A stretch of 64,000 nt of DNA, taken from a virus (lineage: Duplodnaviria; Heunggongvirae; Uroviricota; Caudoviricetes). Below are positions 29,067-38,450 of this stretch, piece by piece. The stretch spans positions 13,864-77,863 of IMG/VR virus record IMGVR_UViG_3300002054_000021; one strand, given 5' to 3'. The position numbers and the translations under genes are program-made. Every line of letters starts with the position of its first letter. Positions within the stretch are counted from its first letter, which is position 1. The notes beneath the pieces were generated by a model. The model was not told the DNA's origin and ran no database searches. It worked only from the letters and a program-made list of their open reading frames with translations.

Positions 29067-30779
29067 ATGTCAAAAAATAATCCAGAGGAAAAAACCCTTT
29101 ACGCGGAGCTTTCCCAAGAAAGAAAAGATCTTCAAGAAGAAGGATTGCTTCCAGATTGGTATACAACCAATGCTTGGATAATGTTTAAGCAAAAATACTT
29201 ATATAAAGCAGATAATTATAAAGAGCAAATTGAAAGAATATCAAAAACTCTTGCTAGGCATACAGATGAGCCTCATCTTTGGAGTAGGAAGTTTTTCAAA
29301 TTGATATGGAATGGTTGGTTGTCTCCATCAACTCCAGTGCTTGCTAATTGCGGCACTGATAGAGGATTACCTGTGAGCTGTTGTGGGAGTTATACTGGAG
29401 ATTCAGTAGAGTCTTTTTATGATTCATATAAGGAGGTTGCTATGCTTTCTAAGTATGGATTCGGCACCTCTTCATTTTTATCAGATATAAGACCGAGGGG
29501 CACGTCTTTTGGTAAGGGCGATGGAACTGCCGATGGTGTAGTTCCTGTAATAACAATGCTCACAAACACAATAAGACAAATTAGACAAACGTCAAGAAGG
29601 GGTGCTGGCGCTTGGTATTTAGATATAGAGCATGATGATTTTTGGGAGTTGTGTGACTATATGAAAAACAATCCAGACGACCTTAATATAGGTTGGTGTA
29701 TAAGAGATACATTTTTATCTAGAATGGATGATAGAGATGAAGACGCAATTAAAAGATACCAAAGAGCACTTAAGATAAAAGTTGTTACAGGAAAGGGTTA
29801 TTTTGTATTTACAGATAAAGCTAATAGATTAGCGCCAGAACCTATAAAAAATAGCGGCATGCCTATCTTAGCAAGTAATTTATGCAGTGAGATATTTTTA
29901 CCGTCGAATAAAGATTACACTTATACTTGTGTGCTTTCATCAATGAACTTGTCAAAATACAATGAGTGGAAAGATACAGATGCTGTTTTTGAGTCTACTG
30001 TATTTTTAGACTGTGTGGCTTCTGAATTTATACACGCAGCGAAGGACTGTGTTGGTATAGATAACGCTATTAGATTTACCAAAGAGTTTAGAGCTTTAGG
30101 TTTGGGTGTTCTTGGTTTTCACACATATCTTCAGGATGAAGGTATAGCTTTCGGATCTATGGACGCTAGAAATGAAAATGTTCGCATCTTTAAAAACATG
30201 AGATCAGAAAGTGAAAGGGCTTCAAGGTGGATGGCTGAGAAGTGGGGAGAGCCTAAATTTTGTAAGGGTACAGGAATGCGTAATGCCACTTTAATGGCTA
30301 TAGCTCCGACTATGAGTACATCATTATTATGTGGCTCTGTGTCTCAAGGAATTGAACCAGTTTATAAAAACGTGTTTACGCAATCTAGCGCCGCTGGCGA
30401 GATGAAACGAATAAATCCAGCTCTTCTAAAATTACTCAAGAGTAGAGGGATGTATAATGATGATGTTATAGATTCTATCATTGATAATAAAGGTTCTGTT
30501 TTTCACTTAGACTTCATTACCGATGAAGAGAAAAATATATTTAAAACAGCATTTGAGATAGATCAAAAAACTATAATTAGAATGGCTTCGGCAAGACAAA
30601 GATATATAGATCAAGGTCAGTCTCTTAACTTATTTTTCAGTGCGGATGAGAGTGAAAGATATATTAGTGATGTTCATAATTTAGCCTTCAAGGACCCTTA
30701 TATAAAAGCTCTTTATTATCTTAGGTCAGAGGCTGGCGTAAGTGCTGCCAAGTCAGTGTGTTCTGCTTGCGAGGGTTAA
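29067..30779 (+). CDS. nrdA: ribonucleotide reductase class I alpha subunit (no ATP cone)
   Basis: PSTPVLAN, PVSC, SNLCSEI, LGLGVLG, IAPTMS, DQGQSLNL, LYY, C-terminal CSAC. Confidence 0.92.
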   Translation: MSKNNPEEKTLYAELSQERKDLQEEGLLPDWYTTNAWIMFKQKYLYKADNYKEQIERISKTLARHTDEPHLWSRKFFKLIWNGWLSPSTPVLANCGTDRGLPVSCCGSYTGDSVESFYDSYKEVAMLSKYGFGTSSFLSDIRPRGTSFGKGDGTADGVVPVITMLTNTIRQIRQTSRRGAGAWYLDIEHDDFWELCDYMKNNPDDLNIGWCIRDTFLSRMDDRDEDAIKRYQRALKIKVVTGKGYFVFTDKANRLAPEPIKNSGMPILASNLCSEIFLPSNKDYTYTCVLSSMNLSKYNEWKDTDAVFESTVFLDCVASEFIHAAKDCVGIDNAIRFTKEFRALGLGVLGFHTYLQDEGIAFGSMDARNENVRIFKNMRSESERASRWMAEKWGEPKFCKGTGMRNATLMAIAPTMSTSLLCGSVSQGIEPVYKNVFTQSSAAGEMKRINPALLKLLKSRGMYNDDVIDSIIDNKGSVFHLDFITDEEKNIFKTAFEIDQKTIIRMASARQRYIDQGQSLNLFFSADESERYISDVHNLAFKDPYIKALYYLRSEAGVSAAKSVCSACEG

Positions 30780-30838
30780 TTATGAAATTAATTCAGGAGA
30801 GGTTTGAGGTCGTCTTATAACGACAAGGAAAATTATAT

Positions 30839-31081
30839 ATGTTTAGAACGCAAGGTGAAATGCATCAAGCAAAAATGATTGTTGGGGACAATGATTGGGA
30901 TGGGTTTTTTCATTATGTCGAAGATTTGACTAATGAAGAAAATGCTCCGTTTTACTATTTTGTTAGCGAGAGTATTCATGGAGTCAGCAGGACTATAATA
31001 GGTAATGCTGAAACATTTTCTGAGGCTGTAAAGTTGGCTAATGATAATGGTATAACTATCATAAAGGGAGAAGAAAAATGA
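30839..31081 (+). CDS. hypothetical protein
   Basis: ORF with SD in operon. Confidence 0.6.
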   Translation: MFRTQGEMHQAKMIVGDNDWDGFFHYVEDLTNEENAPFYYFVSESIHGVSRTIIGNAETFSEAVKLANDNGITIIKGEEK

Positions 31082-31482
31082 TAGACAGAGAAATGAACAG
31101 TAATGACGTAAAATTGGGAGTTGACGCATTAACATATTTGTCACACAAAGCTTCATCTGACGCTGGTTGGTGGACTAATATAGATACTGGAATACCCATT
31201 GACATAAATGATCACAATGTAGTACTGTCTAAATTAATGCTTTGCGTTTCTGAGCTTGCCGAAGCTTGTGAGGGACAAAGGAAGGGTTTGAAGGATGATA
31301 AACTTCCTCACAGACCAATGATTGAAGTTGAGCTTGCTGATACACTTATTAGAATAGGTGACTTAGCAGGTGCTCTTGGTTTAGATTTAGGCGGTGCTGT
31401 GATAGAGAAAATGGATTTCAACTCTAACAGGTCCGATCACAAGCTAGAGAACAGGCTGGCTGACGGCGGTAAAAAGGTATAA
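31078..31482 (+). CDS. MazG-like nucleotide pyrophosphohydrolase
   Basis: VSELAEACEG..K...EVELADTLIRIGDL...EKMDFN..R. Confidence 0.82.
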   Translation: MIDREMNSNDVKLGVDALTYLSHKASSDAGWWTNIDTGIPIDINDHNVVLSKLMLCVSELAEACEGQRKGLKDDKLPHRPMIEVELADTLIRIGDLAGALGLDLGGAVIEKMDFNSNRSDHKLENRLADGGKKV

Positions 31483-31486
31483 CTTA

Positions 31487-32665
31487 ATGATCGAAGAGAT
31501 TTATGCTTGGTTTAGTCAACAGTTGACAACGAATGATGTTTTTGCTGGCCTCGTCGGTGGGTCTTTGGTTGCATCTTTACTTTATCAGGCTAAATCTCTT
31601 CCTAAGAGGGCCGCTATTGTCGGTAAGAGGGTCTCTACTTCAGAAATGACATTTGTCAGCACATCATCAGTTCAGTTTAATTCTATATTAAAATATTTTC
31701 AATCCCTCACACCACTAGTGAGGCAATCTAAATATTCTCTTATGGATACTGACAGAGAAAGATCTTCAGAAAGAGAAAAATACAGTTTTACTATAGGTTA
31801 TGGAAAGCATATTTATTTTGTTCAAAATAAATTTTGCATGCTTGACTACTGGGTGGACACAGAAGCTAAGTCATACGAAACTCCGATTGAGAGAATAAAG
31901 TTAACTTTTATATCTAGAAATCCCAAGAAGGCGATATCTGCAATACTTAAAGAGGCAAATAAATTTAAAAACAACAACGAGCTTGAAATAAGTGTATCTG
32001 AAAGAAGTTATTGGAGTGATGTTAGCGGGATAGCAAAAAGGCCAATGAAAAGCGTTTTTGTAGGTAAAGAAGTTAAATCAAAAGTACTCAAGACAATGAA
32101 TAATTTTCTTGAACTTGAAGATTACTGTATAGATAGGGGTATACCTTGGAAGGTATCATACATGTTTGATGGTCCAGCTGGTACTGGCAAAACTTCACTA
32201 TGTCTTTCAATAGCATCACATTTTGATTTACCGATATACTATCTTTCACTAGGATCTGTAAAGTCAGACGAGCAACTGATTAGTTTATTTTCATACGTTC
32301 CATCAAAATCAATAATACTGATTGAAGATGTTGATTGCGCACGAAGAGAAGATGATAAAGATAAAGAAAGCGATGACGATAAATCTGGCGTCACATTATC
32401 TTGCCTTCTTAACTGTCTGGATGGTGCTCTTACTCCTTATGGGAGAATATTGTTAATGACGACAAATCATTATGAAAAATTAGATCCAGCATTGGTTAGG
32501 GCTGGAAGGGTTGATCACAGATTTACAATAGAAAAAATGTCGCTAGAATCAGCTAGAGACATGGTTAATTATTTAAGGCCAGAGATGACTATATCTGATG
32601 ATGAGATAAAAGGTATGACTGGGGCTGAACTTGAGCTTATGTTGAAGGAGTTTGCAATTGAGTAA
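31487..32665 (+). CDS. BCS1-like membrane-anchored AAA ATPase
   Basis: N-terminal TM; GIPWK.SYMFDGPAGTGKTS, IEDVDC, TLSCLLNCLDG, MTTNH.EKLDPALVRAGRVD. Confidence 0.8.
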   Translation: MIEEIYAWFSQQLTTNDVFAGLVGGSLVASLLYQAKSLPKRAAIVGKRVSTSEMTFVSTSSVQFNSILKYFQSLTPLVRQSKYSLMDTDRERSSEREKYSFTIGYGKHIYFVQNKFCMLDYWVDTEAKSYETPIERIKLTFISRNPKKAISAILKEANKFKNNNELEISVSERSYWSDVSGIAKRPMKSVFVGKEVKSKVLKTMNNFLELEDYCIDRGIPWKVSYMFDGPAGTGKTSLCLSIASHFDLPIYYLSLGSVKSDEQLISLFSYVPSKSIILIEDVDCARREDDKDKESDDDKSGVTLSCLLNCLDGALTPYGRILLMTTNHYEKLDPALVRAGRVDHRFTIEKMSLESARDMVNYLRPEMTISDDEIKGMTGAELELMLKEFAIE

Positions 32666-33050
32666 AAATTTTGATCCAAATACTGATACATGCGTTGTCA
32701 TGATTAAGGAGGCTATTGATAAAGGTGAGTCTAATGATTTACTTAATATGGCCTATCAAGAAATAAAACTATTAAGAGATAGATTGGCTATAGATAGAGT
32801 TTATGTATCTGGAGAGAGGACTAAAAGCAACCCATTAGGATTTATTGAACAGAAAATTAATGACAATAGGATGCTGGGGTCTTCAGACAAAATATCATGT
32901 ATAGAAATTGAAGTCAGTCATTTGAAAGAAAGATTAGATCATTACACAACAAATACAAAGTCTTTTATACTTGCTGAATATGGTCAAACTGTATATCGTA
33001 AGATGAAATCTTATTTATGGGAAAGAGATCAATTTAATGTCAGAGACTAG
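32652..33050 (+). CDS. hypothetical protein
   Basis: Overlapping ORF in operon. Confidence 0.6.
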   Translation: MQLSKNFDPNTDTCVVMIKEAIDKGESNDLLNMAYQEIKLLRDRLAIDRVYVSGERTKSNPLGFIEQKINDNRMLGSSDKISCIEIEVSHLKERLDHYTTNTKSFILAEYGQTVYRKMKSYLWERDQFNVRD

Positions 33051-33279
33051 GGAAAGATACTGGTGCGCCAACTACGCTTGTGCAATGAAAGATTATTGCA
33101 TGAGATTTGTAAGTGATGAAAATCCAATAGAGTTTGTAAAAAATGAAGGACATAAAAACTATTTACAGCCTTTTGTAAATGGATCATCTGCACAATTATT
33201 TCATCCATCATCTGACGGTAAATGCAGAAACTTTATACAAGACCCAGAGTGCGAATTTGTAAAAAATTATCATATATAA
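33037..33279 (+). CDS. small Cys-containing hypothetical protein
   Basis: C...C..KDYCMRF...C motif. Confidence 0.6.
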   Translation: MSETRERYWCANYACAMKDYCMRFVSDENPIEFVKNEGHKNYLQPFVNGSSAQLFHPSSDGKCRNFIQDPECEFVKNYHI

Positions 33280-33526
33280 GATGCAAGAATATAACATAAT
33301 ATTAAGGATAGAAGAGGTATTGTTCGACCCAATACTTGATGAGCATATAAAGAAGCATATTATAAAGTCTATAATAAAGACTTATAAAAAAAATAATAAA
33401 AATGTTGACAATTAATTTTTAAAAACTTTTATTTTATTTATATCGTCTTGACAAAATAGATTAGCGTGATATTATTGTCATTAATATTATGGCAATTATG
33501 CCTTATATAATATCTATGGGGATAAT

Positions 33527-33715
33527 ATGTCTAGCAGGGATATTACGCCTTTTGGCGATAGTGAAATTGAAGAACAAACTCAATACGAAAAAATTCAAGG
33601 AAAAATGGCTAGAGACAGCCTTCAAGCATCAATGCATTTTATGTTGCTAACTCATGACCCAGAGGAGATAGTTAGGATATTAGAATGTGAGATACTTTAC
33701 ATTATGCATGAATAA
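33527..33715 (+). CDS. hypothetical protein
   Basis: SD GGGG and upstream TTGACA promoter. Confidence 0.6.
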   Translation: MSSRDITPFGDSEIEEQTQYEKIQGKMARDSLQASMHFMLLTHDPEEIVRILECEILYIMHE

Positions 33716-33773
33716 ATTTAAAATATACAAAAAAAATATTGACATTTAAATTTAATTGTGTTATATATAAAAA

Positions 33774-33995
33774 ATAGAGACTTAGCGGTCTTTATAGGGA
33801 ATACGCCTAACAGTCCTTCGAGAGGGGCATGGCGGCAGAATAGTGGGATAGCTCCTTATATCTACGGACAAGTGTCTCAAGGTATGAACTGTAGTGGTTT
33901 TGTTCTGGCTCAAAGTTAACATGATATAGCAATATATTTCAAGCTTTGTTGGAGGTAGAAAAGGATTCCTTCTTCCCACATTTTAATATTTTTTT
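33774..33995 (+). ncRNA. candidate structured small RNA
   Basis: GC-richer segment starting right after TTGACA-17-TATATA (33739-33767), with several helices, no credible plus-strand ORF and a 3' T-run. Confidence 0.45.
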
Positions 33996-34091
33996 GTAAA
34001 GTATTAAATTAATTTATTTTTCCACTTGACAAACGTCATTTATGTGGTATATTCTTTAAATATAAGATAACAAATTAATATTATTTTTCAT

Positions 34092-34119
34092 ACCTCGGCA
34101 TTTTGTTCGAGGTTTTTTT
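34092..34119 (+). terminator. intrinsic terminator-like hairpin upstream of terL
   Basis: acctcg...cgaggt followed by T7. Confidence 0.55.
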
Positions 34120-34142
34120 ATGCTTGAAGTTGGGGGAGACGC

Positions 34143-35525
34143 ATGGCATGCCACACAGATCACCCTTTACATATTTCTAATATAAGAAAAATGTCACTGA
34201 AGCAGCAGCAGGAGTTCTACGAAGGACTCACTCCGCAGCAAGCAGTGGAATATAAATTTGATTGGAAATTTCACGCAAGAAAAAAGCAGATGCTTCCAGA
34301 TCAAGGATGGTCTGAAGCTTTAATATTAGCTGGTAGGGGATTTGGTAAAACAAGAACTGGTGCTGAGTGGATAAGAAATTGCGTTGAGGTTCAGGGTTGT
34401 CGAAGGATAGCTTTAATTGGGCCAACAGTTTCAGATGTTAGGGATGTGATGTTTGGCGGTGAGTCTGGGCTAGAGAATATATCTCCTCCTTGGAATAAAC
34501 CAAGATATATACATTCAAAAGCATTAATTGAGTGGGATAATGGCGCGGTGGCAAAAGTTATTAGTGCTGAAGAACCAGAGGCTCTTCGTGGTCCGCAATA
34601 TGATGCCATACTGTGGGATGAGCCTGCAAGATGTAAAAACGCACAAGATGTTTATGATGGCCTTCAGTTTGCTCTGCGCTTAACAAGTAAGAAGGGATAT
34701 CCTCCTAGACTTGTCATGACAACTACTCCTAGGCCGATTCCTTTAATTAGGCAATTAGTTAAAGAAGCGGAAGAAGAAAATAGTAACGTAATATTAGTTA
34801 CTGGCTCTACAGATGAGAATTTAGAAAATTTAGACCCTAACTCTGTTAGAAAGATGTACGCTAAATATGAAGGCACTAGGCTTGGTCGTCAAGAACTTCA
34901 TGCGGAAGTGTTAAATGACTTTGAGAATGCATTATGGACCGCTGAGTCTATAGATAATTCAAAGAGAATTAATAGGTCTGAAGAAAATGTTATAGAGTTT
35001 TCCAAGACTATGAAGAGAATAGTTATGGGTGTTGACCCATCTGGTGGCGGAAAAAGAGGGTCTGACGAACAAGGAATAGTCGTTTGTGGTCTAGATGAGG
35101 ATAATGAATATCACATATTATCTGACGAGACATGCAGCAAATCTCCAGATGGATGGGCTAACCATATAAAGAATGTGTATGAAAAGTTTAATTGCGACAA
35201 GATAGTTGTTGAAAAAAACTTTGGTGGAGATCTTGTTGAGAGTGTTTTAAGGGCGCAGTGGAAAGATGCTCCTATAAAAATGATACATGCATCAAAAAGT
35301 AAGGTTGCTAGGGCCGAGCCAGTATCTATGCTTTATGAGCAAGGGTCTGTTTTTCATTTTTCTGATTTCACAAAATTAGAGGAACAGATGTCATATATGA
35401 CAACAGACGGATTTGAAGGTTCTGGATCTCCAGACAGAGTTGATGCTTTAGTTTGGGCTGTAACAGAACTTCAAACAGGTCAGTCAAATAAATTTTCATT
35501 TAAAGTTAACGGAAGGATGTATTAA
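34143..35525 (+). CDS. terL: terminase large subunit
   Basis: AGRGFGKTRTGAEW, LRGPQYD..LWDE, TTTPRP, GRQELHAE, GVDPS, EKNFGGD, SPDRVDALVWA. Confidence 0.93.
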   Translation: MACHTDHPLHISNIRKMSLKQQQEFYEGLTPQQAVEYKFDWKFHARKKQMLPDQGWSEALILAGRGFGKTRTGAEWIRNCVEVQGCRRIALIGPTVSDVRDVMFGGESGLENISPPWNKPRYIHSKALIEWDNGAVAKVISAEEPEALRGPQYDAILWDEPARCKNAQDVYDGLQFALRLTSKKGYPPRLVMTTTPRPIPLIRQLVKEAEEENSNVILVTGSTDENLENLDPNSVRKMYAKYEGTRLGRQELHAEVLNDFENALWTAESIDNSKRINRSEENVIEFSKTMKRIVMGVDPSGGGKRGSDEQGIVVCGLDEDNEYHILSDETCSKSPDGWANHIKNVYEKFNCDKIVVEKNFGGDLVESVLRAQWKDAPIKMIHASKSKVARAEPVSMLYEQGSVFHFSDFTKLEEQMSYMTTDGFEGSGSPDRVDALVWAVTELQTGQSNKFSFKVNGRMY

Positions 35526-35665
35526 ATTATCAGTTTGGGGGTGTTAAGATTTATTAGCAGCTTAAGTAGAATTATTTTTCCTTACCCGCGCTTTTTCTCT
35601 CCTTTTCAGCGCGGCCCCCATTATTAAATATGTAAAAAGAGAATAAAAGGGAAATTCGGGGACTT

Positions 35666-37294
35666 ATGAATTACGGAAGAGACATTAGTGGATATAGCTT
35701 CGGCGGTCCATGTGAACATTATTTTGCAAGCTATCCTGCTACAAGTGTCGGTTATTTACTAGCTGGCGCTGATGAAGTTGGAACAAATCATCCTTTATAT
35801 AATAAGTTTGAGAAATGCTGGAAAGTAATGAGGGACAGTATAGAGGGTCAGGACGCAATAAGAGATAATGCTGTATATATGAACTATGTTCAGATACCAG
35901 CAGGTATATCTGATGATAATAAGTCTTTGTATTCGTGTAAATATGACAGCACGGCTGCATATCATTACATAAATAAGGCCCATTACATAGAGATAGTTCC
36001 TAGAATATTAGATGAGGTTGAAGGTAGAATATTCTCTAAACCTTATAAAATAGATAGTCCTGATGAATTAGATATAAACTCTCTGGATTCAGATGGTCTT
36101 ACATTTGATCAGTATGTAAGGTGGTGCGTTAGGGAAGTTTTCGCATTATCTAGATTTGGTGTGTTAGTTGACTGGGATAGTGAAACAGAAACCCCTATTC
36201 TAAAAAGATATGTTGCTGAGAGTATTGTTAACTGGGATAATGACCATAGAGGAAAGTTAAATCTTGTTGTCCTTGAGGATGAAGTTAAGGAAGATGGTCA
36301 AATATTTTCTCATAACAAAATAAAGAGAAGAATATCTTTCACTATAGAGGAAAGTTTAGATGGTCCTATTGTAGTTCAGAGAACTTGGTATCAGGATAAT
36401 GAGTCTGGACCAAACAGTTTTTATGAGGCTGCAGAACCAATAACGTTAGAAAGAAATGGAAGGGCGGTATCTAAGATACCATTCATATTCTTTGGGGGAG
36501 TAAGGCCTACAGCACCAATGCTTAAGCCTTTAGCTGCTACAGCTCTAGATTATTATGACGCTCATGCATCGTATAGGCATGCGCTTTGGTGGTCCTCAAA
36601 TGAGCAACCATACTTCAACTTTAAGGAAGATGGTGGCTTTATAACCGCTGATGGTAAAGAGCCAGAGGGCGATATAGAAATATTGTACGGATCTTCAACG
36701 CCTCTATTACTTAGAGATGGTGATTTAAAATTTGCTGGTGTAAAAGGCACAGGTCTTGAGCACATGTACAGAAGACTTAAAGATATTAAAGCTGAAATGG
36801 CTGGCATGGGTGCTAGATCATTTAATTCACAAACAGCATCTAATGTTAAGGTGCAAACTGAAAGAATGCAGCAGAGGGCAGAAAGTTCAGTAATTGGATC
36901 TATAGCTTATTCTATCTCAATAGGTATTAAAGAAGCTTTAGATTTAGCTGCTGAATGGGCATTAATACCAGAAAGGGTTTCTTTCGAATTAAATCAAGAT
37001 TATACTGATGATTTCGATATTAAATTCATTCCTGAGCTTATTGAAGCAAGAGATGCTACAATTTTAACTAATAGAAGAATATTTGAATTCTTAAAGAATA
37101 ACACAGATCTAATACCTAATGATATGGGTTATGAGGAATTCCAACAGGAAAGAAAAGAGACTATATCTAGTTTCGATTTTATATCATCTCAAGAGCAGTT
37201 GATAGGTGTTAATGTTGAAGATGTCAATTTTGATGACTTAAATAGATTGGCATTTCCAGAAGTAGAGGCTCAATTAGATATTGATGCTCAGTAA
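35666..37294 (+). CDS. portal protein (DUF4055-like)
   Basis: Position after TerL, 542 aa, YVAESIVNW, IPFIFFG, MAGMGAR. Confidence 0.8.
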   Translation: MNYGRDISGYSFGGPCEHYFASYPATSVGYLLAGADEVGTNHPLYNKFEKCWKVMRDSIEGQDAIRDNAVYMNYVQIPAGISDDNKSLYSCKYDSTAAYHYINKAHYIEIVPRILDEVEGRIFSKPYKIDSPDELDINSLDSDGLTFDQYVRWCVREVFALSRFGVLVDWDSETETPILKRYVAESIVNWDNDHRGKLNLVVLEDEVKEDGQIFSHNKIKRRISFTIEESLDGPIVVQRTWYQDNESGPNSFYEAAEPITLERNGRAVSKIPFIFFGGVRPTAPMLKPLAATALDYYDAHASYRHALWWSSNEQPYFNFKEDGGFITADGKEPEGDIEILYGSSTPLLLRDGDLKFAGVKGTGLEHMYRRLKDIKAEMAGMGARSFNSQTASNVKVQTERMQQRAESSVIGSIAYSISIGIKEALDLAAEWALIPERVSFELNQDYTDDFDIKFIPELIEARDATILTNRRIFEFLKNNTDLIPNDMGYEEFQQERKETISSFDFISSQEQLIGVNVEDVNFDDLNRLAFPEVEAQLDIDAQ

Positions 37295-38323
37295 ATGAAT
37301 CCAATTAACGAATACATTTACGACAGAAATATATCTAGGCAAATATCTTTAATAAGACATAGAAACGGCCTCAACTCTAGAGTTGAAAATTCTTTAAGAT
37401 TGCATGATTTAGAGTTTGCGTCTTCATTTGAGTTAAAGATAGCTAGGTTAACAAAAAGAGATGTCTCTAAATTAGTTTCAGCCTCAGTTTGGAATACAGA
37501 TAGGCTTAAATCTTTTTCTTCATCGTTAGATGATTTTGTCAAGAGTTCATATTTAGCTGTCGTAAATGCTGCAAATCAAGAATTAGACCAACTGACAAAG
37601 AATGAATATGATTTTCAGCAGTCTACAATAATGAAGGCTTATTCAGAGGCTGGGTTTTTACCACCTCAGATAAAATCTATGTCAATATCTCAGGCCTCAT
37701 CTTATAGAAGAAGAGAAATAGTTATAGATAAGACTCAAAGAGAGCATTTAACTGAGTGGTCAAGAAGAAGACGGGCTAAATTATTGTCTAAGATAAGGTT
37801 TTCTCTTAGGTCTGGAAGAAGTTTATCTTCTGTAATGAAGTCAATACGTGGAACTGATTTAAGGTTCTCAGGTATATTAAAAGATACACAGCTTGGTGCG
37901 CTGATGGTTGTTGATACGTTACATGTTTCGGCAACAAGTGCTGCAGCACTAGCATTAAAAGAATTAAATAGTAATATTAGGATAGATTTTTTATATTCTG
38001 CGTTACTTGATGGAAGATCTTCTGGAAGGTGTTTTACAAGACACAATAGGAAGGTTTTTGAAGAATTGAATGGGGTTAGGTCTCCTATACATTTTAGATG
38101 TAGAACAAGGCTTATACCATTTATAGGGGATGATTCTCCACCTGAAAACAATGATATAAATGGGTGGTTTAGATCTCTGTCTGTCGATGAAAAGATTGAT
38201 TTCTTAGGACCGACTAAGTTTGAAATATATAATAATAATAAAAGAAAATTTAGTCTTATGGATTTCATATCTGACGACAGCGAGTTGTTAACGATTTCTC
38301 AATTAGAAGAAACGTTGGCTTAA
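37295..38323 (+). CDS. head morphogenesis protein (SPP1 gp7/Mu F-like)
   Basis: SALLDGRSSGRC...SPIHFRCRTRLIP. Confidence 0.8.
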   Translation: MNPINEYIYDRNISRQISLIRHRNGLNSRVENSLRLHDLEFASSFELKIARLTKRDVSKLVSASVWNTDRLKSFSSSLDDFVKSSYLAVVNAANQELDQLTKNEYDFQQSTIMKAYSEAGFLPPQIKSMSISQASSYRRREIVIDKTQREHLTEWSRRRRAKLLSKIRFSLRSGRSLSSVMKSIRGTDLRFSGILKDTQLGALMVVDTLHVSATSAAALALKELNSNIRIDFLYSALLDGRSSGRCFTRHNRKVFEELNGVRSPIHFRCRTRLIPFIGDDSPPENNDINGWFRSLSVDEKIDFLGPTKFEIYNNNKRKFSLMDFISDDSELLTISQLEETLA

Positions 38324-38450
38324 TTTATTAAAATAGCATGATTTTGATGCTGGATAGATTCTCTATCTTGTTGTTTTGATATGGCATTTTGCCAAAAAGT
38401 CCGAGTGCTGGATAGGCTCGGTTGTTTATTAGCGGATGAGGTAAACAAAA

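Noticed and set aside
33774-33995. Group I intron, or the 65-aa minus-strand ORF 33782..33979
   Set aside because: No P/Q/R/S core motifs or interrupted host gene; the ORF has no SD or promoter support and atypical composition
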